IMG/VR virus record: IMGVR_UViG_3300029904_000008
DNA: 64,000 bases
Origin: an uncultured virus (IMG/VR IMGVR_UViG_3300029904_000008)
Taxonomy: Duplodnaviria; Heunggongvirae; Uroviricota; Caudoviricetes
Reading direction: 5' to 3' (one strand)
Part shown: in pieces, positions 25,707-34,422 of the stretch
Position numbering within the stretch: position 1 is the first letter of the stretch
Layout: every line of letters starts with the position of its first letter
Notes under the pieces: generated by a model
Databases searched by the model: none
What the model saw: only the letters and a program-made list of their open reading frames with translations
What the model was told of the DNA's origin: nothing
Translations under genes and position numbers: made by a program

Positions 25707-25934
25707 TTAGTCCTCCCATTTTACTCTAGTATAACCTAATTCTTTACGATCTTTACACATATCCTTAGCAGTATCTTCGGATTTAACTATAGCAACTATA
25801 TCATCTATCCTATTGTGAGGTTTACTATCGTACATTGAAGAATAATATCCAACATCCTGACTTTCAACAAATACGATAAATCTATAGTTTTCGTTTTCTG
25901 AATTGTTGTTCATATTTATCCATCTCCTTTCCAA
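25707..25934 (-). CDS. Hypothetical protein
   Basis: 75-aa ORF ending RVKWED. Confidence 0.5.
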   Translation of the reverse strand: MERRWINMNNNSENENYRFIVFVESQDVGYYSSMYDSKPHNRIDDIVAIVKSEDTAKDMCKDRKELGYTRVKWED

Positions 25935-27030
25935 ATAACTTTTTATAATCCTTTATGGGGATATGTTTAAACTTTTTGTACTCCTCCATGTATTCTTCTA
26001 CTGAAAAATCTGGTTGAAGCATTTTGTTGTAGTCATAACCAGGAATAAAGGGCAATTCTTCTGCCATGGTTCTTCCAACAGAATAATCCATATCCATTTC
26101 CACATCATCTATTTGGAACCCAAAATAAGGTTTTGTTTGAGGATTTTTAAATATGTTCCACATTTTATATATGGTCCATATATTTATATCTTCGGGTTTA
26201 GCATTGAAGTAGACCGCATCATGAACGGTTGCTACCTCTTCCATCATTGGAAGTTTACCTTGTTTCATACCCCAATATATAAGAATACTACCAAATAGAG
26301 TCATATCTGATGCTGCAGATTGACAAGGGAAATTTACAGATAATCTTTCAGCATAAGCAACTTCTCCCATATCTTCGGAATATACCTGAGGTAATCTTCT
26401 CTTCCTTCCAAACAAAGATTTAATATAACCATCCCTATGAAGTATTCTTGACTGATGTTTCATATATTTTTTTATTTTGGGATGTTCCTCAAAGAATTCA
26501 TCCAACTGTTGTTGTGCTTCGGAGGGAGTAACTATCAATCCTGCCTTAGGATCAGATAATTTTTGGGATAAAAGTTTTGCCTGAATTCCATATATGATTC
26601 CGAATGCAATTTGTTTAGCTTGCTTTCTTCTAGTTTTCCAAAGCTTATAATCAGGATGATTTTCATCATCATATATTTTAAAAGCTTCATCATAGGGAAC
26701 TCCATATTTTTTAGCTGCAATAGCTAAGTGAGGATCCTGACCATTTGCAAAAGCATGAAGGTAAGTTTCATCTCCCGATAGATGAGCCATTATTCTTAAT
26801 TCTGCCTGAGAAAAATCGGATTCAAAATATAAAGTTCCTGGTTTAGCCACTAATTGCTTTTTAATATTTGGATCCACTGAAGTTTTAGGTATTTGTTGCA
26901 TATTAGGTTCTTGCGAATTATGATTTAATATACCATTAGCAACAAACTGATGACAATCTTTTACAGATAAGTCATATACATCCTGTATACCAATAGGACG
27001 AATACTTTTTATAGATACTTCCTTAAACAT
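25882..27030 (-). CDS. polA: DNA polymerase A, C-terminal half, fused to a C-intein
   Basis: After HN| come SQEPNMQQIP, motif A DFSQAELR, motif B RKQAKQIAFGIIYG and motif C VHDA. Confidence 0.95.
   Translation of the reverse strand: MFKEVSIKSIRPIGIQDVYDLSVKDCHQFVANGILNHNSQEPNMQQIPKTSVDPNIKKQLVAKPGTLYFESDFSQAELRIMAHLSGDETYLHAFANGQDPHLAIAAKKYGVPYDEAFKIYDDENHPDYKLWKTRRKQAKQIAFGIIYGIQAKLLSQKLSDPKAGLIVTPSEAQQQLDEFFEEHPKIKKYMKHQSRILHRDGYIKSLFGRKRRLPQVYSEDMGEVAYAERLSVNFPCQSAASDMTLFGSILIYWGMKQGKLPMMEEVATVHDAVYFNAKPEDINIWTIYKMWNIFKNPQTKPYFGFQIDDVEMDMDYSVGRTMAEELPFIPGYDYNKMLQPDFSVEEYMEEYKKFKHIPIKDYKKLFGKEMDKYEQQFRKRKL
26917..27030 (-). mobile_element. Split intein C-fragment (38 aa)
   Basis: MFKEVSIKSIRPIGIQDVYDLSVKDCHQFVANGILNHN|S (blocks F and G). 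Confidence 0.9.
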
Positions 27031-27959
27031 TTTATTATGTCTTTAGGTTTAACAAATCGAGATAAGCGTTCCTTAATTAAATCTATTCGGATTATTTTAT
27101 ATCCCATAGATATCAATTGGGAATCTCTTTCCCGGTCTTTATCTAGATTATGAAGGTGACCATCTAATTCCAAGATAGTTTTATTAGAAGGTATAAGAAA
27201 ATCCACATGGATGTTAAGATCCTTAAAGAAATGCTGAGGTATAACATCAGGATACTTCTTAATCAGTTGATTATAAAAATGATATTCTATGAGATTAGTG
27301 GGCATATTAAAGTCATATTCTCGGTAATATTTTTTAAGTTTCCTAATAATATACTTCAGTTGAAAGTTTAAACCAATTAACTTGCATATAGCCTGATGTA
27401 TGTCTTTAAGATCTCCTTTTAAGAATTCTTTATCTATACCCATAACTATCATCATCTTAACCATAAGTTTTATTTCGGATTTACTTAAGCTATGATTACT
27501 AAAATCCTCAATAAAGGTATTATGATTAGGTAACCGAAAGTTATAGAATTGTTGTATATAAGACAACTCCCATGAAGTAAGGTTTAATTTTTCTTTCAAT
27601 TCCTTCTTGTTATGTACAGATCCTATAGCATTCTCCAATTCAGTTAAAGGTATAAGCTTACTAGGCCTATACCAATTAAGCTTATTAGAATTATTATCTC
27701 CTTTCTGTTTTTCAGCAATCTTTTCTCTATGGGATCTATCTATTTCCTCTTTAGTGAACCACTTATAAAGGGATCCCCTAACTATTCTATGACCTAATCC
27801 GAAATGATATCTAAAATCGGGAATAGTCCATTTCTCATCAAAGAAATAATGTTGAAGATCTCTTTTCTTTATATACCTTTTACCATCAATTAGTTCAAGT
27901 TCAAGCTTCCTTCTTGGTCCTTTTAAAGACCTGATTTCGGTTTCTCTATTATTCCTCAT
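27009..27959 (-). CDS. Free-standing Vsr/DUF559-like (putative homing) endonuclease
   Basis: C-terminal VDFL...ILELDGHLH...DRERDSQLISMGYKIIRI; lies between the two intein halves. Confidence 0.85.
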   Translation of the reverse strand: MRNNRETEIRSLKGPRRKLELELIDGKRYIKKRDLQHYFFDEKWTIPDFRYHFGLGHRIVRGSLYKWFTKEEIDRSHREKIAEKQKGDNNSNKLNWYRPSKLIPLTELENAIGSVHNKKELKEKLNLTSWELSYIQQFYNFRLPNHNTFIEDFSNHSLSKSEIKLMVKMMIVMGIDKEFLKGDLKDIHQAICKLIGLNFQLKYIIRKLKKYYREYDFNMPTNLIEYHFYNQLIKKYPDVIPQHFFKDLNIHVDFLIPSNKTILELDGHLHNLDKDRERDSQLISMGYKIIRIDLIKERLSRFVKPKDIIKCLRKYL

Positions 27960-29481
27960 ACTTTAATAATTTGGGTTTATTATTTATAGTACTTCGGTAT
28001 TTATTGAGAATTGATCTTAAACTTAAATCCCCTTGGTTAGTAATAAATATATGATCCAGTGTACATTGAATAGTAGTCCCATCCTCTAATTCAACCTCAT
28101 ACATAGGATCTCTACCCTTATATATCCAATCCTGAATATCCTTCCATCCTTCTTGGGTCATTACTTTTTTACCCTTAAAATCCTGTAAATCCCTAATAGG
28201 AATTAACCCTTCATTGGTTAATACTTTAGAACTGCCGTGGATGCAGGACATTCTACCCGAGGTTGTACCATGAATTAAATATCTACCATGTAAACAATTA
28301 TCATCCTGTACTTTATCATGCCATCCCTCAATATAAGTAGTATACATCTTTTGTAATGCCCTTAATTCCAAAAGATTATCCAAGAATATTGCTTTAGGTG
28401 ATTCAGGATTTTTTACCTTTAATCTCATTTCAGTTAAGGATTCCTCATCTGTTGAGGGTTTACCCTTATCAGTCATCTTAATGGGTTTAAATCCGAATCC
28501 CCTTTCACCGAACATAATTGCAGGTAAATCTACAGTACTACCTAAGTTTATGGGTCTTATAAGTTCTTGTTCCTTTTTAGTAGTAAATTCTCCTGCCTTA
28601 ATCCTTGCAATCTTCTCCTCCCGGGATTTTATTTTACGAGCATCTTTGAGATCATGGGGATCCAAATCCTCTAATTCCTTTTCAATGCTAGAAATATAAG
28701 CATCTACTTTCTGTTGATTATATTCTTTAGTAAATCTTTTTACTCTTGGAAGATTATATACATTGCTCTTTGCTTGTTCTATTTTAGGTTTATACTCTTC
28801 CAATAATTTCTGGTTGAATTTTCGATCCAAATATAATCCACGTCTCTCAGCTGAAGTAAGTACTCGAGATGCAGTCATTATAAGATTACGATATAAATCA
28901 TACAATCCCAAATCTATTAATTTCTTTTCGAAGAATAAAGTTAATCTCAAGGTATAATCAGTATCTTGGCATCCATATTTGCAAAGTGGTTCTAGTTCCT
29001 TTTTATCCCAAGGTATTTTATCGAAGGCATCCTGTTTCTCATAATTGCCATACTCAGGTAAGTATCTCCTTACCATAGATTTTAGATCATTGGGACGTTC
29101 CTCATTTAGGATATATTTAGCAAGCATTCCATCTATGGCAGTACCTCTATAATAGATACCGAACTTCTCCCATATCTGGTTATCGAATTTTATATTCCAT
29201 CCTACTTTTATGATGTTATAATCTTCGATAAGTTCATGACCTACTTTAAGCAATGCTTTTTTCCATGGGAAGTCTTTGGGTGTCTGATGATGTTGTAACG
29301 GGATAGAGCAACCGAATCCTGGCTGAAATGATATGGATAATATGGTTGCTCTAAAATCATGGTTATACAGAGGAGTTCCTGCTGTTTCAAAATCGTAGCA
29401 GCAATACCCCATATACTTACAGGACTGGATTAAAGTGTCCAGTTCCTGTAAGTTTTTTATTATATGATATTTAGTTTCCAT
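27949..29481 (-). CDS. polA: DNA polymerase A, N-terminal half (3'-5' exonuclease plus thumb), fused to an N-intein
   Basis: ExoI YDFET, ExoII WNIKFD, ExoIII YGCQD, GKPSTDEESL and HGTTSGRMS|C. Confidence 0.95.
   Translation of the reverse strand: METKYHIIKNLQELDTLIQSCKYMGYCCYDFETAGTPLYNHDFRATILSISFQPGFGCSIPLQHHQTPKDFPWKKALLKVGHELIEDYNIIKVGWNIKFDNQIWEKFGIYYRGTAIDGMLAKYILNEERPNDLKSMVRRYLPEYGNYEKQDAFDKIPWDKKELEPLCKYGCQDTDYTLRLTLFFEKKLIDLGLYDLYRNLIMTASRVLTSAERRGLYLDRKFNQKLLEEYKPKIEQAKSNVYNLPRVKRFTKEYNQQKVDAYISSIEKELEDLDPHDLKDARKIKSREEKIARIKAGEFTTKKEQELIRPINLGSTVDLPAIMFGERGFGFKPIKMTDKGKPSTDEESLTEMRLKVKNPESPKAIFLDNLLELRALQKMYTTYIEGWHDKVQDDNCLHGRYLIHGTTSGRMSCIHGSSKVLTNEGLIPIRDLQDFKGKKVMTQEGWKDIQDWIYKGRDPMYEVELEDGTTIQCTLDHIFITNQGDLSLRSILNKYRSTINNKPKLLKYEE
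27952..28245 (-). mobile_element. Split intein N-fragment (98 aa)
   Basis: CIHGSSKVLT (block A) and CTLDHIF (block B TxxH), followed by a stop. Confidence 0.9.
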
Positions 29482-29482
29482 A

Positions 29483-30283
29483 TCAATACTTGTCTTGTAG
29501 ATCCTCCAAATTCATTGAGAGAACATGCCAATCCTTCTTATATACATGTAAAGAGTCAATGGTATGGAATAGATAACCAGGTTTAACTCCCACTTTCTCT
29601 GCAACATATTCCATTAATCTCCATGCAAGATATACATCACTACCAAAGAAGGTTGCATAATCGCATGACCTTTGGTGGTAGCATATGTTCAATTGTTTTT
29701 CTCCTTTTGGGTTTTCCCTTATAAGAAAATCATAATACATTGAACAAGGAATTCTTCTATCTCCCCAGAAATGATAAGCATCAATAGTAGTATCGTATAT
29801 ACTTAATACTGCTTTACGAGTATCTGGGTCATCCTTTAGGAGATCAATTATATGGTTTAAGTGGGTATCCCATTGACGATTCTCTTGTATTACTGATGGG
29901 GACTCGTAATATACCAAGTTGGACATCCTTTCATTATAGGTATAATCAAATACTCCTCGATCACTACCTCTATCAGTTAGAAATTCTTTCCAAAGGTCCT
30001 CTCTAAGTTCCCAAGCTTCTCCAGGATTTATCTTTTTAACAGAAATCCTCTCATTAAACTCGGCATCAGCCCATTCAATAGCATGGTTAAATACAAACAA
30101 CCATATAGGATCACCCAAATTAGTTAGGCAATACTGTTGGCATATTATCTCCTTAGTAATAAAATCCTCATTACCTTCAATATCCTTATTTTGGTAATGC
30201 TTAGGTTTTACTATTGTACCATAGGAATTTAACTCTCTGCCCATTTCGGACATTAGTTCGAATGAATTTTGATATATCCTCAT
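29483..30283 (-). CDS. Thymidylate-synthase-fold enzyme, dCMP-type (dCMP hydroxymethylase/methylase-like)
   Basis: DTRK, IPC, QRSCDYATFFGSD and SLHVY. Asp sits at the position equivalent to ThyA Asn177. Confidence 0.8.
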   Translation of the reverse strand: MRIYQNSFELMSEMGRELNSYGTIVKPKHYQNKDIEGNEDFITKEIICQQYCLTNLGDPIWLFVFNHAIEWADAEFNERISVKKINPGEAWELREDLWKEFLTDRGSDRGVFDYTYNERMSNLVYYESPSVIQENRQWDTHLNHIIDLLKDDPDTRKAVLSIYDTTIDAYHFWGDRRIPCSMYYDFLIRENPKGEKQLNICYHQRSCDYATFFGSDVYLAWRLMEYVAEKVGVKPGYLFHTIDSLHVYKKDWHVLSMNLEDLQDKY

Positions 30284-30289
30284 TTTTGT

Positions 30290-30430
30290 TTAGTATGAAA
30301 ATTGAACTACTTTATACATGGTTACAGGTACATGCCTATCATAGTAATAATTATACATTTTGTAGGCTTCCCTCTCATCATCTGTGACAAATGTTTCCTG
30401 ATTGTCAATCAGTACTAGATACTTTTTCAT
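30290..30430 (-). CDS. Small 46-aa ORF below the track threshold
   Basis: MKKYLVLIDNQETFVTDDEREAYKMYNYYYDRHVPVTMYKVVQFSY fills the gap between the two TS-fold genes. Confidence 0.5.
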   Translation of the reverse strand: MKKYLVLIDNQETFVTDDEREAYKMYNYYYDRHVPVTMYKVVQFSY

Positions 30431-31337
30431 TTTTCTTCTGTTTTCTTAAGTATTTAGTACGGAACTTTTTCCTTTGTGAATAGGATATGCAATTTTCTGG
30501 ATACTCTATGGGATCATCCTCTATAACCAGATTTTTAGCAAGCAAAGGTTTATATTGATAAAGATCGGGACGTACAACCTTAAAACTCCTAAAGTATACC
30601 TTGAAAGAATAAAAATCCTTCTCTGTACCTTCTTTGAATTTCTTATATACCTTTTTTACATTATCCACCCAGGGATTATCATATTTCTTAATTATCTTAG
30701 GAACTGGTTTATGAGCATCGTACATAATTAAAGTCTCGGTATTTCCATACATCTGTGTAGCGAACAGATTTAATTGTACGGATTGATTGGGACCATATAC
30801 ATACTCTGCCATCCTTTGTACGAGAAGAAAATCGAACATTAACCTTTTGGTTATCTCTGATGCCCTTAATACCATCGTTATTACTGGTATATCCTCCTGG
30901 AATCTCTTTGAGAAAGTTGCAGCAATCAGACATTGTTTACCATTATCATGTTTATTGTTGAATATATAGGTAACATTGTAATTCTGATTGTAACTGTTCT
31001 TCAGAGTTCTTATTCGGGATCTCATCAAATCCAACTTATTAAAGTCGATATAGTTATTTAGAAGAACACTCCATTTGGATGAAGTATAATTAAAGTGTCT
31101 TCCATAATCAAACTCTGGATCAACCCATGCCTTTCTTATGCGAATAAAAACATTATAGCATACAGCTAATCCACTGTTTGCAAGTGCTCCTTTGTTAAAG
31201 AGGAGGGGATTCATTTGAAGGAAATATTCATTCAATTTCTCCCATGCCTCTTGTGAAGTAGCAAACTCGAGAGAATGGATGTTCTCTGAAACATCCATGT
31301 TCTCTAATCCTTCCAATGGTTTATTCCAACCCCCCAT
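30405..31337 (-). CDS. Divergent second thymidylate-synthase-fold protein
   Basis: GKQCLIAATF...MVLRASEITKRLMFDFLLV aligns with the PC...RSxD...N/D core. Confidence 0.6.
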   Translation of the reverse strand: MGGWNKPLEGLENMDVSENIHSLEFATSQEAWEKLNEYFLQMNPLLFNKGALANSGLAVCYNVFIRIRKAWVDPEFDYGRHFNYTSSKWSVLLNNYIDFNKLDLMRSRIRTLKNSYNQNYNVTYIFNNKHDNGKQCLIAATFSKRFQEDIPVITMVLRASEITKRLMFDFLLVQRMAEYVYGPNQSVQLNLFATQMYGNTETLIMYDAHKPVPKIIKKYDNPWVDNVKKVYKKFKEGTEKDFYSFKVYFRSFKVVRPDLYQYKPLLAKNLVIEDDPIEYPENCISYSQRKKFRTKYLRKQKKNEKVSSTD

Positions 31338-31347
31338 AATTTAGTAA

Positions 31348-32175
31348 TTAATATGCTGACGCAATTCGCCACATGTTAAGCTTAAATTTCTTAAAATACT
31401 CCTCATAGATTTTTCTTGGAGAGAACTTAAATTCTTTAAGGAAACCCATATACATATAAAAAGCTTTTACTAAGTATTCCTGAAATTCTATTTCTTTAGT
31501 CATCACCTGAGTATTCTTCCAAGGTCTACATTTAAGGGAATTCCTTGCCATGTTCAAATAATATATAACATTGAATATAGCTTCTTTTTCGGTTACTAAA
31601 TGAGAATAAACATTCATGGCATAAAATCCAGGAATATAATTCTTATTTTTTTCCTCTATGGGTAAACAGAATAAAGTTCTCTCATCAATATCTAAATCTT
31701 GATATACTTGACCTACTCTCATTACATCATCCAAATTATGTACATTATCATGGGAGTATACTTTAGCAAATTCATAAATATCCTCAGGTTCAATGTTAGC
31801 ATATAAAAAGAGAGTCATAAAAAACCCCATAGCATCTGCTTGTTCCTCACAAGCATTCTGTAAATGGTTATTCAATTCTTCTACATCCTCATCCTTGAAT
31901 AGCTCATCATTCCAACCTTTATCATAGCATACATTGAAAGCTAATTGAGTAGATTCATATCCCTCCATTAACTCTTCTATTACTCGATTGATAAAGTCTT
32001 TTAGAACTACTTGATTCCTGGGAATATTTACATTTAAAGGAAACTCCTCAGGCAAATCCTCCGGACCCTCATTTATATAGGCCGCTAATTGTTCCCTGCC
32101 AAACTGAAACATTTGTTCCAAGTATTGGTCATTTTCTACCTTAGGTGCTTCCTCCTTTATATTACGTATATCCAT
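31348..32175 (-). CDS. All-alpha NTP pyrophosphatase (dCTPase/dUTPase, MazG-like)
   Basis: EELME...EEQAD..F acidic motifs and an LKCRPWK motif like T4 gp56 and dimeric dUTPases. Confidence 0.75.
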   Translation of the reverse strand: MDIRNIKEEAPKVENDQYLEQMFQFGREQLAAYINEGPEDLPEEFPLNVNIPRNQVVLKDFINRVIEELMEGYESTQLAFNVCYDKGWNDELFKDEDVEELNNHLQNACEEQADAMGFFMTLFLYANIEPEDIYEFAKVYSHDNVHNLDDVMRVGQVYQDLDIDERTLFCLPIEEKNKNYIPGFYAMNVYSHLVTEKEAIFNVIYYLNMARNSLKCRPWKNTQVMTKEIEFQEYLVKAFYMYMGFLKEFKFSPRKIYEEYFKKFKLNMWRIASAY

Positions 32176-32238
32176 AACCTATAAAATTAATCTGGATCAC
32201 TTTTACTGGCATCATATATTATTCCAAGAGGATTTGGA

Positions 32239-32826
32239 CTATTGGGGAAAATCTCCAGCAGTCATAGTGGATATTTTATCACTACTACCGAATCCCTTAG
32301 AACCTCGAGAAGACTTGAATGTAGCATATTGCTCATTAGAGATTGCATTAAGAGTTACATGGAATACGGGTACCAATAAGAATTGCAATACCTTAGTACC
32401 TGCCTGAATAGAGGTTTCCTCATTTCCAGTATTAATTATTCCCAGATGTACCTCTCCAGTATAATCCGCATCTACTACTTGAGCAGAGAATATCAATCCT
32501 TTCTTAGAGGATACTCCAGACTTATTGTGGGCAATCAATGCAAACATCTTGGGCATCCTAACTTTTATACCTGATGGGATCAATACTCTTCCGTGAGGTG
32601 CTAATATTATTTTATCTACTTCTTTGAAAAGATTTAATTTGAACTTTACACCGTTGTAATTGGTAAAGTCCTCCTCTTTGAGATTATTGGGCATATAAAA
32701 ATCAAGCCCAGCCGAATCATAAGATGTGCTGGGATCCTTGACTTCCCTTACCTTAGTAAAGTATATTGAGGCTTTGTTTATTGGATCAGTATTCCAATCA
32801 TTTTCCATTATCACTTTGTTTTCCAT
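32239..32826 (-). CDS. dut: Trimeric dUTPase
   Basis: AGLDF, KSG, VVDADYTGE, LQ and RGSKGFGSS. Confidence 0.9.
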   Translation of the reverse strand: MENKVIMENDWNTDPINKASIYFTKVREVKDPSTSYDSAGLDFYMPNNLKEEDFTNYNGVKFKLNLFKEVDKIILAPHGRVLIPSGIKVRMPKMFALIAHNKSGVSSKKGLIFSAQVVDADYTGEVHLGIINTGNEETSIQAGTKVLQFLLVPVFHVTLNAISNEQYATFKSSRGSKGFGSSDKISTMTAGDFPQ

Positions 32827-33205
32827 ATAGTTCTCGGTATATCTTACGAATATCCTTAGTGGGAGCTTCGTACTTAGTTGAACATTTATTTACAATCTCT
32901 CTTCTAGTCATACCTTTTCTCTTCAATGAACGTATATATTTCTTTACTGCTTGAATATCCAGAAGAGTATCAAGATCTTTATAATGATTCTTATCTTCCA
33001 GTTCTTTGCGAGTAATTCTTAGATTCTGAGACATTTTCAATGCACATAGTTCAGAATCTCCACATAATTTACATTCCTTAGTTGAGAGATCATAGGATTT
33101 ACCAAAGCAAGGATCTCCATTAGAACCCAATGACTCCAAATTAATTGGAGTCAAAGGGTCTTGCTTTGTTAGATCAGGTAGGTTTTTCTTTTTAGAGGAT
33201 TTCAT
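32798..33205 (-). CDS. Cys4 (zinc-binding?) basic protein
   Basis: PCFG...ECKLC....LC plus a basic helical C-terminus. Confidence 0.6.
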   Translation of the reverse strand: MKSSKKKNLPDLTKQDPLTPINLESLGSNGDPCFGKSYDLSTKECKLCGDSELCALKMSQNLRITRKELEDKNHYKDLDTLLDIQAVKKYIRSLKRKGMTRREIVNKCSTKYEAPTKDIRKIYRELYGKQSDNGK

Positions 33206-33542
33206 ATATCAAATCTCCTTCTTCTACCAGTGATTCTGATACATTTACAATGTATACCTGGTTTTGAGTAAGAGCATTAAGAAGACCCGCTTTCAATCCT
33301 CTTATTGCATTAGTCTTACCCATAAACTTAAGTTTAATTGCATCGGTTACCACTACCAAACTAAAAGTAGGATCTGATCCCTTAGATTCAGTTTTCATCT
33401 CTCCAATAAACTTAATCATAGGAGTAATAATCACTGAAGTACCCAAGTTAATCTGAATCTTAGATTCTTCTTTCTGAGGAGCCTGCTCCTGTTCCTTGTC
33501 TGCATCCTGCAGTTCCGGATTTAATACATGTTCTTCTGCCAT
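33192..33542 (-). CDS. Hypothetical protein
   Basis: 116-aa ORF. Confidence 0.6.
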   Translation of the reverse strand: MAEEHVLNPELQDADKEQEQAPQKEESKIQINLGTSVIITPMIKFIGEMKTESKGSDPTFSLVVVTDAIKLKFMGKTNAIRGLKAGLLNALTQNQVYIVNVSESLVEEGDLIYEIL

Positions 33543-33609
33543 TGTTTTTTAAGTTTTAATTGGTTAATATTACGACTTTAAGATTGTTAGAAGCATTTAA
33601 TAATAGGTC

Positions 33610-33909
33610 CTATTTGCTATTCTTAGTAGAGGATTTGATTACAAAGTCTTCTACCTGATGAAAATTAATGAACCTTATAAAGTCTATCAGTAGGTTATCT
33701 ACTGTAAAGAAAGTATGACTGTCTCCCATTTCCCTATCCAATTCCTGATAGAAGTCATTAGCTTTCGCCATTACTAACTTCTCAATCGATTTATAATAGG
33801 TAAATCCCAGTCTGAGTATACCCGATTCCATATAAATATCGATCCATACCAATTGATCATTATGTTCAGGCTCCTGGATATGCAATATGTTATTCTTATT
33901 GATTATCAT
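33610..33909 (-). CDS. Hypothetical protein
   Basis: 99-aa ORF with an ATGA overlap. Confidence 0.55.
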   Translation of the reverse strand: MIINKNNILHIQEPEHNDQLVWIDIYMESGILRLGFTYYKSIEKLVMAKANDFYQELDREMGDSHTFFTVDNLLIDFIRFINFHQVEDFVIKSSTKNSK

Positions 33910-34262
33910 TTGAGTTTATATTCAGTATAAGCAATTTTATAATTCTGATCCCTATCAGAGATGATTACTTTATCAAAGATAAAACCATCATTTTCCGTAT
34001 CAAGTAATTCTCCATCATTATCAAAGTCTAATGAGATCAAAGTATTGCCTTGATCTACATTAGCATAAATCCTTGAAAGGAGAGTACGGATCTTATCAAG
34101 ATAAGATTCATTATAAGTATTCTTACTAAATACATAGGAATAATTTCCAAATCTACTTTCAAAAACAAGTTTTAAGGATATACTCGGGTAAGCACCGTTT
34201 CTTTTAGAAGAGATTATACCTTCTTTGAAATGTTTGAGATTGAATACAAATAAGTTAATCAT
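33906..34262 (-). CDS. Hypothetical protein
   Basis: 118-aa ORF with leader AACTTTAAACACA. Confidence 0.55.
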   Translation of the reverse strand: MINLFVFNLKHFKEGIISSKRNGAYPSISLKLVFESRFGNYSYVFSKNTYNESYLDKIRTLLSRIYANVDQGNTLISLDFDNDGELLDTENDGFIFDKVIISDRDQNYKIAYTEYKLK

Positions 34263-34344
34263 TGTGTTTAAAGTTTTAGGTTATTACATATGTTTATTGA
34301 TTTTTAGTAGAATCCTTTTCTGGGATTTTGTTGGTAGTAGGCCT

Positions 34345-34377
34345 AATATCATTCCTCGGTTCCCTCGGAATGATATT
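34345..34377. terminator. 11-bp hairpin after the helicase gene
   Basis: AATATCATTCC/GGAATGATATT; there is no clear U-tract. Confidence 0.4.
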
Positions 34378-34422
34378 GCACACATACATAGTATTTTGGA
34401 TTATCATAGTTGGAGGGTAGTA

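Noticed and set aside
27009..27959. Group I intron interrupting polA
   Set aside because: There is no non-coding space for a ribozyme core, and the intein motifs on both flanks explain the interruption.
29483..30283. Plain thyA annotation
   Set aside because: It has Asp instead of the dUMP-specifying Asn and lacks the LGLPFN motif, so no thyA symbol was given.
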